A stretch of DNA of 37,600 nucleotides from Pseudomonadota bacterium (GTDB lineage: Bacteria; Desulfobacterota; Desulfobacteria; Desulfobacterales; JBDRRP01). A program made the position numbers and the translations under genes. Shown one piece after another: positions 28,083 through 36,571 of this stretch (within the stretch, counting starts at the first letter, position 1; every line of letters starts with the position of its first letter). The notes under the pieces were generated by a model, which was not told the origin of the DNA, made no database searches, and saw only the letters and a list, made by a program, of their open reading frames with translations. Location: positions 1 to 37,600 of the forward strand of contig JBDRRP010000101.1 in the NCBI GenBank assembly GCA_043825735.1. The letters are read 5' to 3'.

Positions 28083-28682
28083 TTACTGGATGACGAAAAC
28101 GTCTCGTCGGTTCTTAGCCCAGGCCTCTTCGTTATTGCCCGGATCGGCCGGACGCTCTTCACCGTAGCTGATCGTGGTAATCCGGGAGGCGGAAATCCCC
28201 AGATCCACGATAAAACTCATGGCCGCATTGGCACGACGCTCGCCTAGCGCAAGGTTGTATTCGGCAGTGCCTCGTTCGTCGCAATGGCCTTCAATGACCA
28301 CCGAAGCCATGGCATTGGCGCGGAGCCATTCTGCCTTGCGAACGAGAACGTCCTGAGCCATGGGCGTCAACTGAGCGCTGTCGAAATCAAAATAGATATT
28401 CTCGTTTTGAAATGCCATCCGCCGCATTTCCACTTCCCGAGCCATCGCCTCATCCTTGATTGTCTGCATGGTGGCGGCTTGTTGCGCCTCGGTCATCGCG
28501 GCCTGTTCTTTGGCCATCTCCTGCTGCTTTGCAGCCGAGGCAGCGTCTTCGGCCGCCTGCTGCTGTGTCGCCGCCGCGCTTGATTCAGCTGTTACGACCT
28601 GTTTCTTCGCGCAGCTAACGGTGAACAGCAGCCCCGGGATCACCACCAATAAAGCTATGTGTATCCACAACTTCTTCCGCAT
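28083..28682 (-). CDS. pal: Peptidoglycan-associated lipoprotein
   Basis: Lipobox VSC, IYFDFDS, IEGHCDERGTAEYNLALGERRA, SYGEERP, KNRR. Confidence 0.98.
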   Translation of the reverse strand: MRKKLWIHIALLVVIPGLLFTVSCAKKQVVTAESSAAATQQQAAEDAASAAKQQEMAKEQAAMTEAQQAATMQTIKDEAMAREVEMRRMAFQNENIYFDFDSAQLTPMAQDVLVRKAEWLRANAMASVVIEGHCDERGTAEYNLALGERRANAAMSFIVDLGISASRITTISYGEERPADPGNNEEAWAKNRRDVFVIQ

Positions 28683-28694
28683 GTTTCCTCCTTT

Positions 28695-30032
28695 TCAAAA
28701 ACCCGATAACGCTTTAGATTTCATACTGCTTGGGGACCATTCGGGGTCGGACTGCTGCCCCGGAAGAGCCAGCAACTGCCGCTGATCAGTACCAAATGCG
28801 GTCATGACGTATATTCGGGAAGGGCCTTCGCGGGTGGAACTGAAGGCGATCAGGCTGCCATCGGGTGACCATGAAGGCCCCTCGTTGTCTCCAGCCTCGC
28901 GGGTCAACTGCATCCCCCCCTGGCCATCGACCCCAATGACCCGGATGTTCAACTGGTTGTCGTCCATTGCGGAGTAAGCGATCTTGTCTCCCCGCGGCGA
29001 CCAGGACGGCTGAGTATTGTAGCGGCCGTCATAGGTCAGACGACGCACCTGACCACTGTCCATTTCCATGATAAAGATCTGAGGGGTGCCTGCCCTATCT
29101 GACACGAATGCCATTTTGTTGCCGTCAGGCGACCAAGCCGGATGGACGTCAATTCCCCCGGTATGGGTCAATCTTTTAATAATTTTCCCAGTTCCGGTCA
29201 ATAGGTAAATTTCTTGGTCTCCCGAAAAGCTTAACGTTGCTGCAAGCTCAAATCGTCCCGGCACCCAGGCAGGCTTTACATTGATGCCTTTTTCGGCGAC
29301 CACGTATCCCTGGGGTTGTGTGAGATTTTTGATGTAAAGATCGGGCCGACCTCGGGTATAGGCCGTATAGGCGATCCACTGCCGGTCGCTGGACCATGCC
29401 GGAAACAAGGTGATGGCGTTGTTGTGCGTCAACTGACGGGCATCGGCGCCGTCAAAATCGCAGGTGTAGATTTCCTTGTTACCGGTACCGGTGGATACAA
29501 ATGCGATCTGGGTATCGAAATAGCCGCTGCTGCCGGTCAGCGCCAGGAGCACTTCGCTGCAAAACCGACGGATGATTTTCTTCAAATCTCCCACCTGGGC
29601 GGTGTACTTCTTGCCGACGATGAGCTTTTCTTTGAAGGTGTCAAACAGTCGCAACTCGACCTCGACAACGCCCTCCCTCGTGAGCATGCTGCCGGTGATC
29701 ATCAACTCGGCGCCGATCCCGGTCCAGTTGGCAAAGTCGATATTGGGGCCGATCACCGGCGGATCGGCCGGATCGTAGAGATACGCCGCGGGATCAAGAA
29801 TTTTAAAGTAACCCGTAAAGTCAAGGCTTTGGGAAAGAATCCGGGCAGCATTGCCAAAGGCCTCCGTGGCGGCGGCATCCGCGGAGTAGACCTTGAACTG
29901 GGGAATGGCCAGAGGGATTTTTTTGAGAAACGGGTTGGTGATGTCAATATATTCATAATCCGCCATGGCGGCGGGAACCGCCACCAACCATAAAATGACG
30001 CACAAGATGGCAATCTCAAACAATCTTTTCAT
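28695..30032 (-). CDS. tolB: Tol-Pal beta-propeller protein TolB
   Basis: TQIAFV, repeated PAWSPDG/PSWSP motifs, FVSDRAGTPQIF. Confidence 0.96.
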   Translation of the reverse strand: MKRLFEIAILCVILWLVAVPAAMADYEYIDITNPFLKKIPLAIPQFKVYSADAAATEAFGNAARILSQSLDFTGYFKILDPAAYLYDPADPPVIGPNIDFANWTGIGAELMITGSMLTREGVVEVELRLFDTFKEKLIVGKKYTAQVGDLKKIIRRFCSEVLLALTGSSGYFDTQIAFVSTGTGNKEIYTCDFDGADARQLTHNNAITLFPAWSSDRQWIAYTAYTRGRPDLYIKNLTQPQGYVVAEKGINVKPAWVPGRFELAATLSFSGDQEIYLLTGTGKIIKRLTHTGGIDVHPAWSPDGNKMAFVSDRAGTPQIFIMEMDSGQVRRLTYDGRYNTQPSWSPRGDKIAYSAMDDNQLNIRVIGVDGQGGMQLTREAGDNEGPSWSPDGSLIAFSSTREGPSRIYVMTAFGTDQRQLLALPGQQSDPEWSPSSMKSKALSGF

Positions 30033-30143
30033 CGAAAGCTTCCGTATGGTGTGTCATGACCCCGGCAACGCCGCCCCGGGCCATGTTTTCCGCCTGGAAC
30101 CCTGCGCGCAGGGTTTCCAAGTCAAAGATGCCGCTTATCGCCA

Positions 30144-30288
30144 GTGGCCATTCACAGGTGGTAGGTTTAGGTTCCTGGCAAGGCTCGAGCATTTTTGAAA
30201 CCGGAGGCGTAGCTCAGGCTACGTCGAGGATTTCAAAAAGTGCGAGTACGCCGCCAGGGGCCGGAAGATGCCGCCTGTGGATGGCCAC
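30144..30288 (-). mobile_element. Hairpin element, copy 4 (diverged, inverted)
   Basis: Its reverse complement aligns end to end with copies 1 and 2. It starts at the G of the tolA TAG. Confidence 0.82.
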
Positions 30289-31160
30289 TACCGGATTCCC
30301 TGTGGGGTAAACCGCAACCCCACCGTAACTGCCGGACGAATCACGCCATTGGGGTGCGGTGGCAAGGGAACGGACTTGATAATGGCTCTTCGGGCCGATT
30401 CGTCCAGGTATCCATTGCCGCTGCGCTTATCGAACCAGATATCGCTGACGGTGCCGTCCGGCATCACATCGAATGCGATTTCGGTAACCAGATCATTGGC
30501 GCCACCGGCCAACGAGTCGGAAAACGCCCAGTTCTTCTGAATGATGAAAGCGATCTCCACCCGGTAAATATCAATCAGCTCTAGCGCCCTGGCATCCTGC
30601 TCCCGGACGGCGCCATCCACCTTCAGTTGACTGACGGCGTCCTGGGAATCGGGCTCAGGGGCCGGCTGGTCCTTTACCTGTTCCTGGAGCCGTTCGATGG
30701 CAGCATCGATCTGATCGGGCCGGTTTTCTTCCACGTCCTTTTCCAGCCGATCAATGGCCTGGTCCATCACTTTTGCCGATTGGAATGTTTTTCGTTTCAG
30801 GGAAGTCTTTTCAATAGCAGCCGGCTCCGGGGCCGACTGCCGCTTCGCAGTGGAAAGGCTCACCGCATCCGGCGGCGGTGCTTTTGGCGCCGCGCGCCTG
30901 GGGCTCACTCTGGCCTGTGCTGACTTTCTGGAAGCCGCCGGCAGCTCGGCCTTCACCGATGCCACGGGCAGGGCCACCATGCGCACATGAATGGCAGGCG
31001 GTGGAGACGAGCGGCGTGGCGCCAGGGCCGGCGTGTAAAGCATGAACGCCAGCGCTATCAGGTGAAACAATCCCGACGCCATGAAAGGGATGATCACTTC
31101 ACGACGTTCCACTGTGCCTCCAAGGGCGGGTCCGGATATCGCGGCCATATTGAATCCCAT
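30288..31160 (-). CDS. tolA: TolA/TonB-family energy transducer
   Basis: TM with S..FH motif, C-terminal SGNGYLDESARRAI..SVPLP. Lies between tolR and tolB. Confidence 0.82.
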   Translation of the reverse strand: MGFNMAAISGPALGGTVERREVIIPFMASGLFHLIALAFMLYTPALAPRRSSPPPAIHVRMVALPVASVKAELPAASRKSAQARVSPRRAAPKAPPPDAVSLSTAKRQSAPEPAAIEKTSLKRKTFQSAKVMDQAIDRLEKDVEENRPDQIDAAIERLQEQVKDQPAPEPDSQDAVSQLKVDGAVREQDARALELIDIYRVEIAFIIQKNWAFSDSLAGGANDLVTEIAFDVMPDGTVSDIWFDKRSGNGYLDESARRAIIKSVPLPPHPNGVIRPAVTVGLRFTPQGIR

Positions 31161-31167
31161 CGACCCG

Positions 31168-31584
31168 TTATTTCTTTTCCTGTTCTTCCACAGGAATCGT
31201 CACCATGCCCAGTTTCTCCACCCCGGCGTCTTTGATGGCCGCCATGACACGCACGACGTTTCCGTATGGAATTTGCTTGTCAGCGCGCAGATAAACCTCA
31301 CGATCGCTTCGCCCCTTGAGAATGCTGTCGAGCTTCTGTTTTAGAGAGTCGAGCGCCACCGGATAGGTGTTGATATATACCTGGCCGTCAGAATCGATGG
31401 TAATGATAAGATTTTCTTTTTGGGTCGGCAGCGCCTCGGCCGTCGTTTGCGGCAGCGCCACGTCCACCCCTTGAACCATCATGGGCGCCGTCACCATGAA
31501 AATGATGAGCAGCACCAGCATCACGTCAACAAACGGCGTCACGTTAATGTCGCTCATGAGATGGTCGTTATTTCCGGCGATCAT
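31168..31584 (-). CDS. tolR: TolR
   Basis: DINVTPFVDVMLVLLIIFMVTAP, LRADKQIPYG. Confidence 0.95.
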   Translation of the reverse strand: MIAGNNDHLMSDINVTPFVDVMLVLLIIFMVTAPMMVQGVDVALPQTTAEALPTQKENLIITIDSDGQVYINTYPVALDSLKQKLDSILKGRSDREVYLRADKQIPYGNVVRVMAAIKDAGVEKLGMVTIPVEEQEKK

Positions 31585-32306
31585 GCTCTCCTCCTGGCGG
31601 TTGCGAGAATGTCACGTTCCACGATGTTGAGAAAGTCGGCTGAAAAATTCTGTAAATCGGCTTCCATCATCCGGATGCGGTTCATAAAATGGTTAAAGGC
31701 GATGACCGCAGGTATCGCCGCCGCCAAGCCGGCTGCCGTGGCCACCAGCGCTTCGGAAATACCCGGCGCCACGACGGCCAGACTGGCCGACCCACGCAAA
31801 CCGATCCCATGAAAGGAATTCATGATCCCCCAGACCGTTCCGAAAAGACCGATAAACGGCGTGGTGTTGCCCGTGGTGGCCAGAAACGGCACCATTTGCG
31901 CCATACGGGTCATCTCGGAATTGATTGCCCGGCGCATGGCTCGCTTGAGATTGTCAATGCCTGCCAATCGGGTGCCCATCGCCGGGGTGTTGTCCGGAGC
32001 CTGATCCCCGGCCCGGGGGGCGGAGCGCTGGAGCTTGTTAAGCTCCACATAGCCCATGCGGAATATCCTGGCAGTGGGACTGCCGACCAGTTGTTTGGCC
32101 TTGGCATAGGCCTCTGAGAGATCGCGGCTTTTCCAAAAATGGTCGGTGAACTCAGCAGTTTCACGATACGCACGCCGCAGGTAGCGGAACTTGATGATGA
32201 TTATCGCCCAGGAAGTGATTGAAAAAAAGAGCAGCACCAGCAGCACCATCTGCACCACCAGCCCTGCGCTGCTGATCATCTGGATAAGATCAATCTCTGC
32301 GGTCAT
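31581..32306 (-). CDS. tolQ: TolQ
   Basis: FLATTGNTTPFIGLFGTVWGIMNSF, VAPGISEALVATAAGL. Start trimmed to ATG 32306. Confidence 0.95.
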   Translation of the reverse strand: MTAEIDLIQMISSAGLVVQMVLLVLLFFSITSWAIIIIKFRYLRRAYRETAEFTDHFWKSRDLSEAYAKAKQLVGSPTARIFRMGYVELNKLQRSAPRAGDQAPDNTPAMGTRLAGIDNLKRAMRRAINSEMTRMAQMVPFLATTGNTTPFIGLFGTVWGIMNSFHGIGLRGSASLAVVAPGISEALVATAAGLAAAIPAVIAFNHFMNRIRMMEADLQNFSADFLNIVERDILATARRRA

Positions 32307-32408
32307 CGGCACGATCTCCGTAAAAGTGGTTGAACCAATATAGTGCGCGCATCGCAAGCGCTGGCTGTATTTAAAAATTCCTAAGCATTTAAATATTTTA
32401 AGCGTGGT

Positions 32409-32437
32409 ACTGTATCCGAAGGCGGCATTCTTGTCAA
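32409..32437 (-). promoter_or_regulatory. Putative sigma70 promoter of the tol-pal operon
   Basis: TTGACA-17 bp-TACAGT on the minus strand. Confidence 0.65.
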
Positions 32438-32565
32438 GGTGACGCCAACGGCATGGCGCCGCCCTCAAAGAACGGTTATCGCGGCCGCCTGTCAGCCGCT
32501 TTTGGATTGAAAAAACCGCTGCGGACGACTACAGATGGCTTCTGATATCATTGACCGGAGGCGTC

Positions 32566-33111
32566 ATGAACCGAATAGCCGACTTTTTGTTCGAAGGACA
32601 CATGCTCAAAAACCTGCCGCGATCGGGTTACCCGTTTCTGGGGGTCGGCAAGGAATCAGTGGCGGAGCACACCTTCATGGTGGCGTTCATTGCCTGGGTG
32701 CTATCGCGCATGGAACCCACCGTGGATGTCGGCCGTCTCATTAGCATGTGCCTGGTCCACGATCTTCCCGAAGCACGGATCGGCGATCTGAACGCGGTAC
32801 AAAAACGATATGTCCGGGCTGATGAAGACGCCGCGGTGACAGACACGGCACAAGGGCTGCCCTTCGGTGATGAACTCACGGCGTTGATTGGGGAATTCAA
32901 CGCCGGCCTCACGCGCGAGTCGCAACTGGCGCGCGATGCGGACCATCTGGCCCTGGTCATCGATTTGAAAGCGCTTTCCGACCGCGGCTACCGTACTCCG
33001 GAAAAGTGGCAGCCCCATGTTCTGGCGCGACTGAAAACGGAATCGGCAAAATCCCTGGCCCGGGCCGTCACCCAACGGGACTTCGACGGCTGGTGGTTGG
33101 ATGGTTTTTGA
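32566..33111 (+). CDS. HD-domain hydrolase (YfbR/5'-deoxynucleotidase-like)
   Basis: PRSG, ESVAEH, VHDLPEARIGD, DAD. GGAGG RBS. Confidence 0.92.
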   Translation: MNRIADFLFEGHMLKNLPRSGYPFLGVGKESVAEHTFMVAFIAWVLSRMEPTVDVGRLISMCLVHDLPEARIGDLNAVQKRYVRADEDAAVTDTAQGLPFGDELTALIGEFNAGLTRESQLARDADHLALVIDLKALSDRGYRTPEKWQPHVLARLKTESAKSLARAVTQRDFDGWWLDGF

Positions 33112-33300
33112 TTGTTGATTGTTGATTGGGGATTGGGTGGGAAGGCGAAATCACAAATTCCAAATGACAAGTTCCAAACAAATGACAAATTCCAAACAAA
33201 AACATTGAAACCAACTTAAAGTTTCAGATTCGTTTGGGATTTGGTGCTTGTAATTTGGAATTTATTTGAAATTTGGTGCTTGTAATTTGGGATTTACTTT
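33108..33300. repeat. TTGATTG heptamers plus inverted AAATTCCAAA element, copy B
   Basis: TTGATTG x3 overlaps the stop codon. AAATTCCAAA units at 33147-33200 face TTTGGTGCTTGTAATTTGG units at 33232-33295. Confidence 0.85.
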
Positions 33301-33329
33301 GGCGCTTGTCGTTTGGTGAGCAGCGGGGA

Positions 33330-33698
33330 GGTTTTTTGGACGCGGCAATTTCCATCTTGGAAGAAAACCTCGCAGACAAGACGCAAACCCGCCTGGACAA
33401 TATCGTCATCGAATCCGCCCGCAGCCTGCCGTGGGCCGCGGCCGACCCGCCCCCGAAGGTGGTGGTCCGCAATTTCGGAGAATCGTCCGTGGACCTTCAG
33501 CTCAGGGTCTGGATCACCGACGCCCGAAAACGCATGGATACCATCTCAGAGGTCACCGACCGGGTAAAAACCGCTTTCGACGGTGCCGGCATCCAAATCC
33601 CCTTCCCCAGACGCGACATCACGATCATCCGGAAATCTGCAACAGGCAGCGCTGCGTCATCATCGAAACCGGCGCTTCCGCAAGAGCGCCCCAGATAG
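33330..33698 (+). pseudogene. Remnant of MscS mechanosensitive channel gene
   Basis: MscS C-terminal motifs P.VVVRNFGESSVDLQLRVW and AFDGAGIQIPFPRRDI are present. There is no TM region and no credible start. Confidence 0.72.
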
Positions 33699-33855
33699 GC
33701 GCTTGCAATTTCACCGGTTTCCGTGTAGCGAATTAAGTTTCCGTGAGAACCATGCATGCGTCATGCAGCATGCGCCAGATGGTCTCTTCGTGCGGCGGCT
33801 TTGAACCAGTCTCGGAGAACACGGAGATAAAATCGATAAATGCATAAAAAAGCAA

Positions 33856-33942
33856 TTTTCTCGCAAAGGCGCCAAGCACGCCAAGAAAAATATCTCTAAT
33901 ATCAGTGCGTTAACTTTGCGATCTTTGCGGCTTTGCGAGAGG
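33856..33942. repeat. Inverted CGC(A/C)AAG-triad element
   Basis: TCTCGCAAAGGCGCCAAGCACGCCAAGAAAAA ... CTTTGCGATCTTTGCGGCTTTGCGAGA. Confidence 0.85.
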
Positions 33943-33944
33943 TC

Positions 33945-34051
33945 CCGACTTTTTTTCAGCTGCATCAATATTGATGAACCGGTAAAAAGTCCCAAAGCCC
34001 GTCATCCCGGCGGCGGCCGGGATCCAGTAATTTCAAATACCTCTGGATTCC
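33945..34051. repeat. Composite REP-like remnants
   Basis: GACTTTTT..CATCAATATTGATG..AAAAAGTC dyad, then GTCATCCCGGC..GCCGGGATCCAG..CTGGATTCC. Confidence 0.6.
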
Positions 34052-34073
34052 TTAACGAGGACAGGTTGTTTTC

Positions 34074-34772
34074 ATGCGACTAGGGATTAACGAGATCGCC
34101 AAATGCCTTGATCTTCCCGCGAGCACCGTGGATCGGTGGATCCGGCAGGGCCACATCCCCGTCCGTCGCAGCGGCGATGCCTGCGTCTTCGAGGTACAGG
34201 CGCTCGCGCGGTGGGCCGCGGCAAAGCAGCTGTCGTTCCATCTCCCCGAGAAAGGAACCACGCGGGTTGCCGCTGAGGCAGACGAAGCGCCGGATTCCCT
34301 GACCCACACCATGGACCGCGGCGATGTGCTGCATGACGTCGACGGCGATGACGTCTCCGGAGTTCTTGAATCGGCCGTGGCCCGGATTCCCGGCATCAGC
34401 GACGGCGAGCGGCAGCCACTGCTGAAAGCCCTGCTGGAAAGAGAAGCGCTCACATCCACCGGCATCGGCAATGGCATCGCCATTCCCCATCCCCGGGCGC
34501 CGTTGGCCGGGACCTCCATGAAGCCGCAGATCACCACCTGCTTTCTCTCGCGGCCCATAGACTTTCACGCGGTGGACGACCGCCCCGTCTTTGTACTATT
34601 TATCCTCATCAGCGACTCTGTCCAGACCCACCTTCACCTGCTGTCACGCTTGGCCTACGGTTTGCGGGACAAGGCATTTTTAGAAGTGTTGCGGTCTCGG
34701 CCGGCAAAAGCGCCCCTTTTGGAGCAGATTACTGAGATAGAGCACCGTCTGGACCATTCGGCGCCATTTTAG
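34074..34772 (+). CDS. Excisionase/MerR-like HTH fused to PTS EIIA (PtsN-like) domain
   Basis: EIAKCLDLPASTVDRWIRQGHIP, then LLERE.LTSTGIGNGIAIPHPR, then HLHLLSRLA. Confidence 0.9.
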   Translation: MRLGINEIAKCLDLPASTVDRWIRQGHIPVRRSGDACVFEVQALARWAAAKQLSFHLPEKGTTRVAAEADEAPDSLTHTMDRGDVLHDVDGDDVSGVLESAVARIPGISDGERQPLLKALLEREALTSTGIGNGIAIPHPRAPLAGTSMKPQITTCFLSRPIDFHAVDDRPVFVLFILISDSVQTHLHLLSRLAYGLRDKAFLEVLRSRPAKAPLLEQITEIEHRLDHSAPF

Positions 34773-34785
34773 GTATCTTCATACG

Positions 34786-36510
34786 ATGCAGCTATTCAAT
34801 AAATGGCGAAACCCCACCAGTTGGTCGCTTTTTCGCTCCGACGACCGACTGCTCATGATGTTCACGGCTATCATTGTGGGCACCTGCAGCGGTCTGGCCG
34901 CACTGGCGCTGGGCCGCGCGCTGCTGGCCATGGAGCGCTGGCTTCACCACTTCCGCCCCTACTGGTGGGCGTTTTTGCTCCCGGCCGCCGGCGCCGCCCT
35001 GTCCTCGCTCTTTCTTGAAAAAGTGGTCAACGAAGGGGCCGGCCACGGTGTGCCGGAAGTCATCTACAGCGTCTCCCGCTACGGCGGGCTGCTCCGGCTG
35101 CGATCGAGCTTTTCCCGTCTGATTTCCAGCCTTCTGACCATCGGCTCCGGCGGCTCTGCCGGACCGGAGGCCCCCGTGGTCATGAGCGGCTCGGCTATCG
35201 GCTCCAATATCGCCCGACTGTTCAACCTCAATGACCGTCAGCGGGTCACCCTGGTGGGCTGTGGTGCCGCCGGCGCCATTGCCGCCATTTTCAATGCCCC
35301 CATTGCAGGCATGGTCTTCAGTATCGAAGTCATTCTCGGAGAATGGTCGGCACTGAACATCGTTCCTATCGCCATCGCTGCCGTGGCGGGAACGGAAACC
35401 AGCCGTATCCTCCAGGGCAACCAGATCCCCTTTATCCACGAAGCCTTCAAAATCGAATTGGTGGATATTGGCGCCAGCATCGGACTGGCACTGCTCTGCG
35501 CCGGCGCATCCATCTGCCTGACGCGATTGATGAAATCCATGGGCCGGTTTGCCGGAAAGACGCCCTGGCCCCTGTGGCTCAGGGCCGCGTTCGGAGGAAC
35601 TCTGATGGGTCTCATCGCCTGGGTGTTTCCCGTGGTGCTGGGCGAAGGCTATCACTCCATCCGGGAGATGATCACCGGCGCCTTCGCCCCCGGTTTGTCC
35701 ATGGTGGCCCTGGCGGTGCTGGCCAAAATGATGGCCACGGCGCTGACGCTGGGCTGGGGAGGCTCTGGCGGCATCTTCGCCCCGAGCCTGGTCATCGGCA
35801 GCCTCACCGGCGTGGCCTATCACCGTGCCCTGACCTGGGCGTGGCCTCACCTGACGCTGGTCAACGAGGGGTGTTTCGCCCTTCTCGGCATGGCCGGACT
35901 CATCAGCGGCATTTTGCAGGCGCCCTTGACCGGCATCTTTCTCATCGTAGAGATCACCGGCAGCTACGGCGTCATTTTGCCGCTGATCCTGGTCTCGGCC
36001 ATATCCTCGACTTTTTGCCATTATATAGAGCCGGCCTCTTTTTATTTGAAGGAACTGGTGGAACACGGACACGTACTCAGGCCCGGAACCGACGGCCGCG
36101 TCCTGTCGGATCTGTCCGTGCGCGAGTTGCTTGAAACCGACTGCATCCCGGTAAAGCGCAATATGCTCCTGCGGGAATTCATTCATGTTATCAAACGCTC
36201 CCGGCGCAACTATTTCCCGGTGGAAGACGAGAAGACGGGCCATTTCGTGGGACTCATTCAATTGGAGGATATCCGGCCCTATCTCTTCAACCGGGCCATC
36301 TACGACGCCGTCTTGATGGATCAGATCATGAAGCCGCCGGTGGCCGTCGCCGGGTTGGACGACGATGTGTCGGATGTGTTGAAAATTATGGATACCAAAC
36401 AACTGTTTTCCATGCCGGTTATCGCCAACAGGCGTTTTGTCGGAATGATTTCAAAGGGTACACTACTGGATCAGTACAGGAAGGAACTCATGGTACAATC
36501 CCCGCACTGA
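34786..36510 (+). CDS. ClC family chloride channel/transporter with CBS pair
   Basis: GHGVPE, GGSAGPEAP, FNAPIAG, GGIFAP, QAPLTG. C-terminal CBS domains. Confidence 0.94.
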   Translation: MQLFNKWRNPTSWSLFRSDDRLLMMFTAIIVGTCSGLAALALGRALLAMERWLHHFRPYWWAFLLPAAGAALSSLFLEKVVNEGAGHGVPEVIYSVSRYGGLLRLRSSFSRLISSLLTIGSGGSAGPEAPVVMSGSAIGSNIARLFNLNDRQRVTLVGCGAAGAIAAIFNAPIAGMVFSIEVILGEWSALNIVPIAIAAVAGTETSRILQGNQIPFIHEAFKIELVDIGASIGLALLCAGASICLTRLMKSMGRFAGKTPWPLWLRAAFGGTLMGLIAWVFPVVLGEGYHSIREMITGAFAPGLSMVALAVLAKMMATALTLGWGGSGGIFAPSLVIGSLTGVAYHRALTWAWPHLTLVNEGCFALLGMAGLISGILQAPLTGIFLIVEITGSYGVILPLILVSAISSTFCHYIEPASFYLKELVEHGHVLRPGTDGRVLSDLSVRELLETDCIPVKRNMLLREFIHVIKRSRRNYFPVEDEKTGHFVGLIQLEDIRPYLFNRAIYDAVLMDQIMKPPVAVAGLDDDVSDVLKIMDTKQLFSMPVIANRRFVGMISKGTLLDQYRKELMVQSPH

Positions 36511-36571
36511 CGGGCGGCCGCCACGGCCTGCCCCCGGCACTGCGGATCCCACTCCCGGAAAGGAGCCCCTG

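Noticed and set aside
34792..36402. Long antisense ORFs (536 aa here; also 15322-16572, 8492-9394, 26294-27199, 27040-27888)
   Set aside because: These are shadow frames opposite well-supported genes in GC-rich DNA.
34786..36510. Fluoride-specific CLC-F
   Set aside because: It lacks the GNNLI/GREGT/GEVTP signatures.
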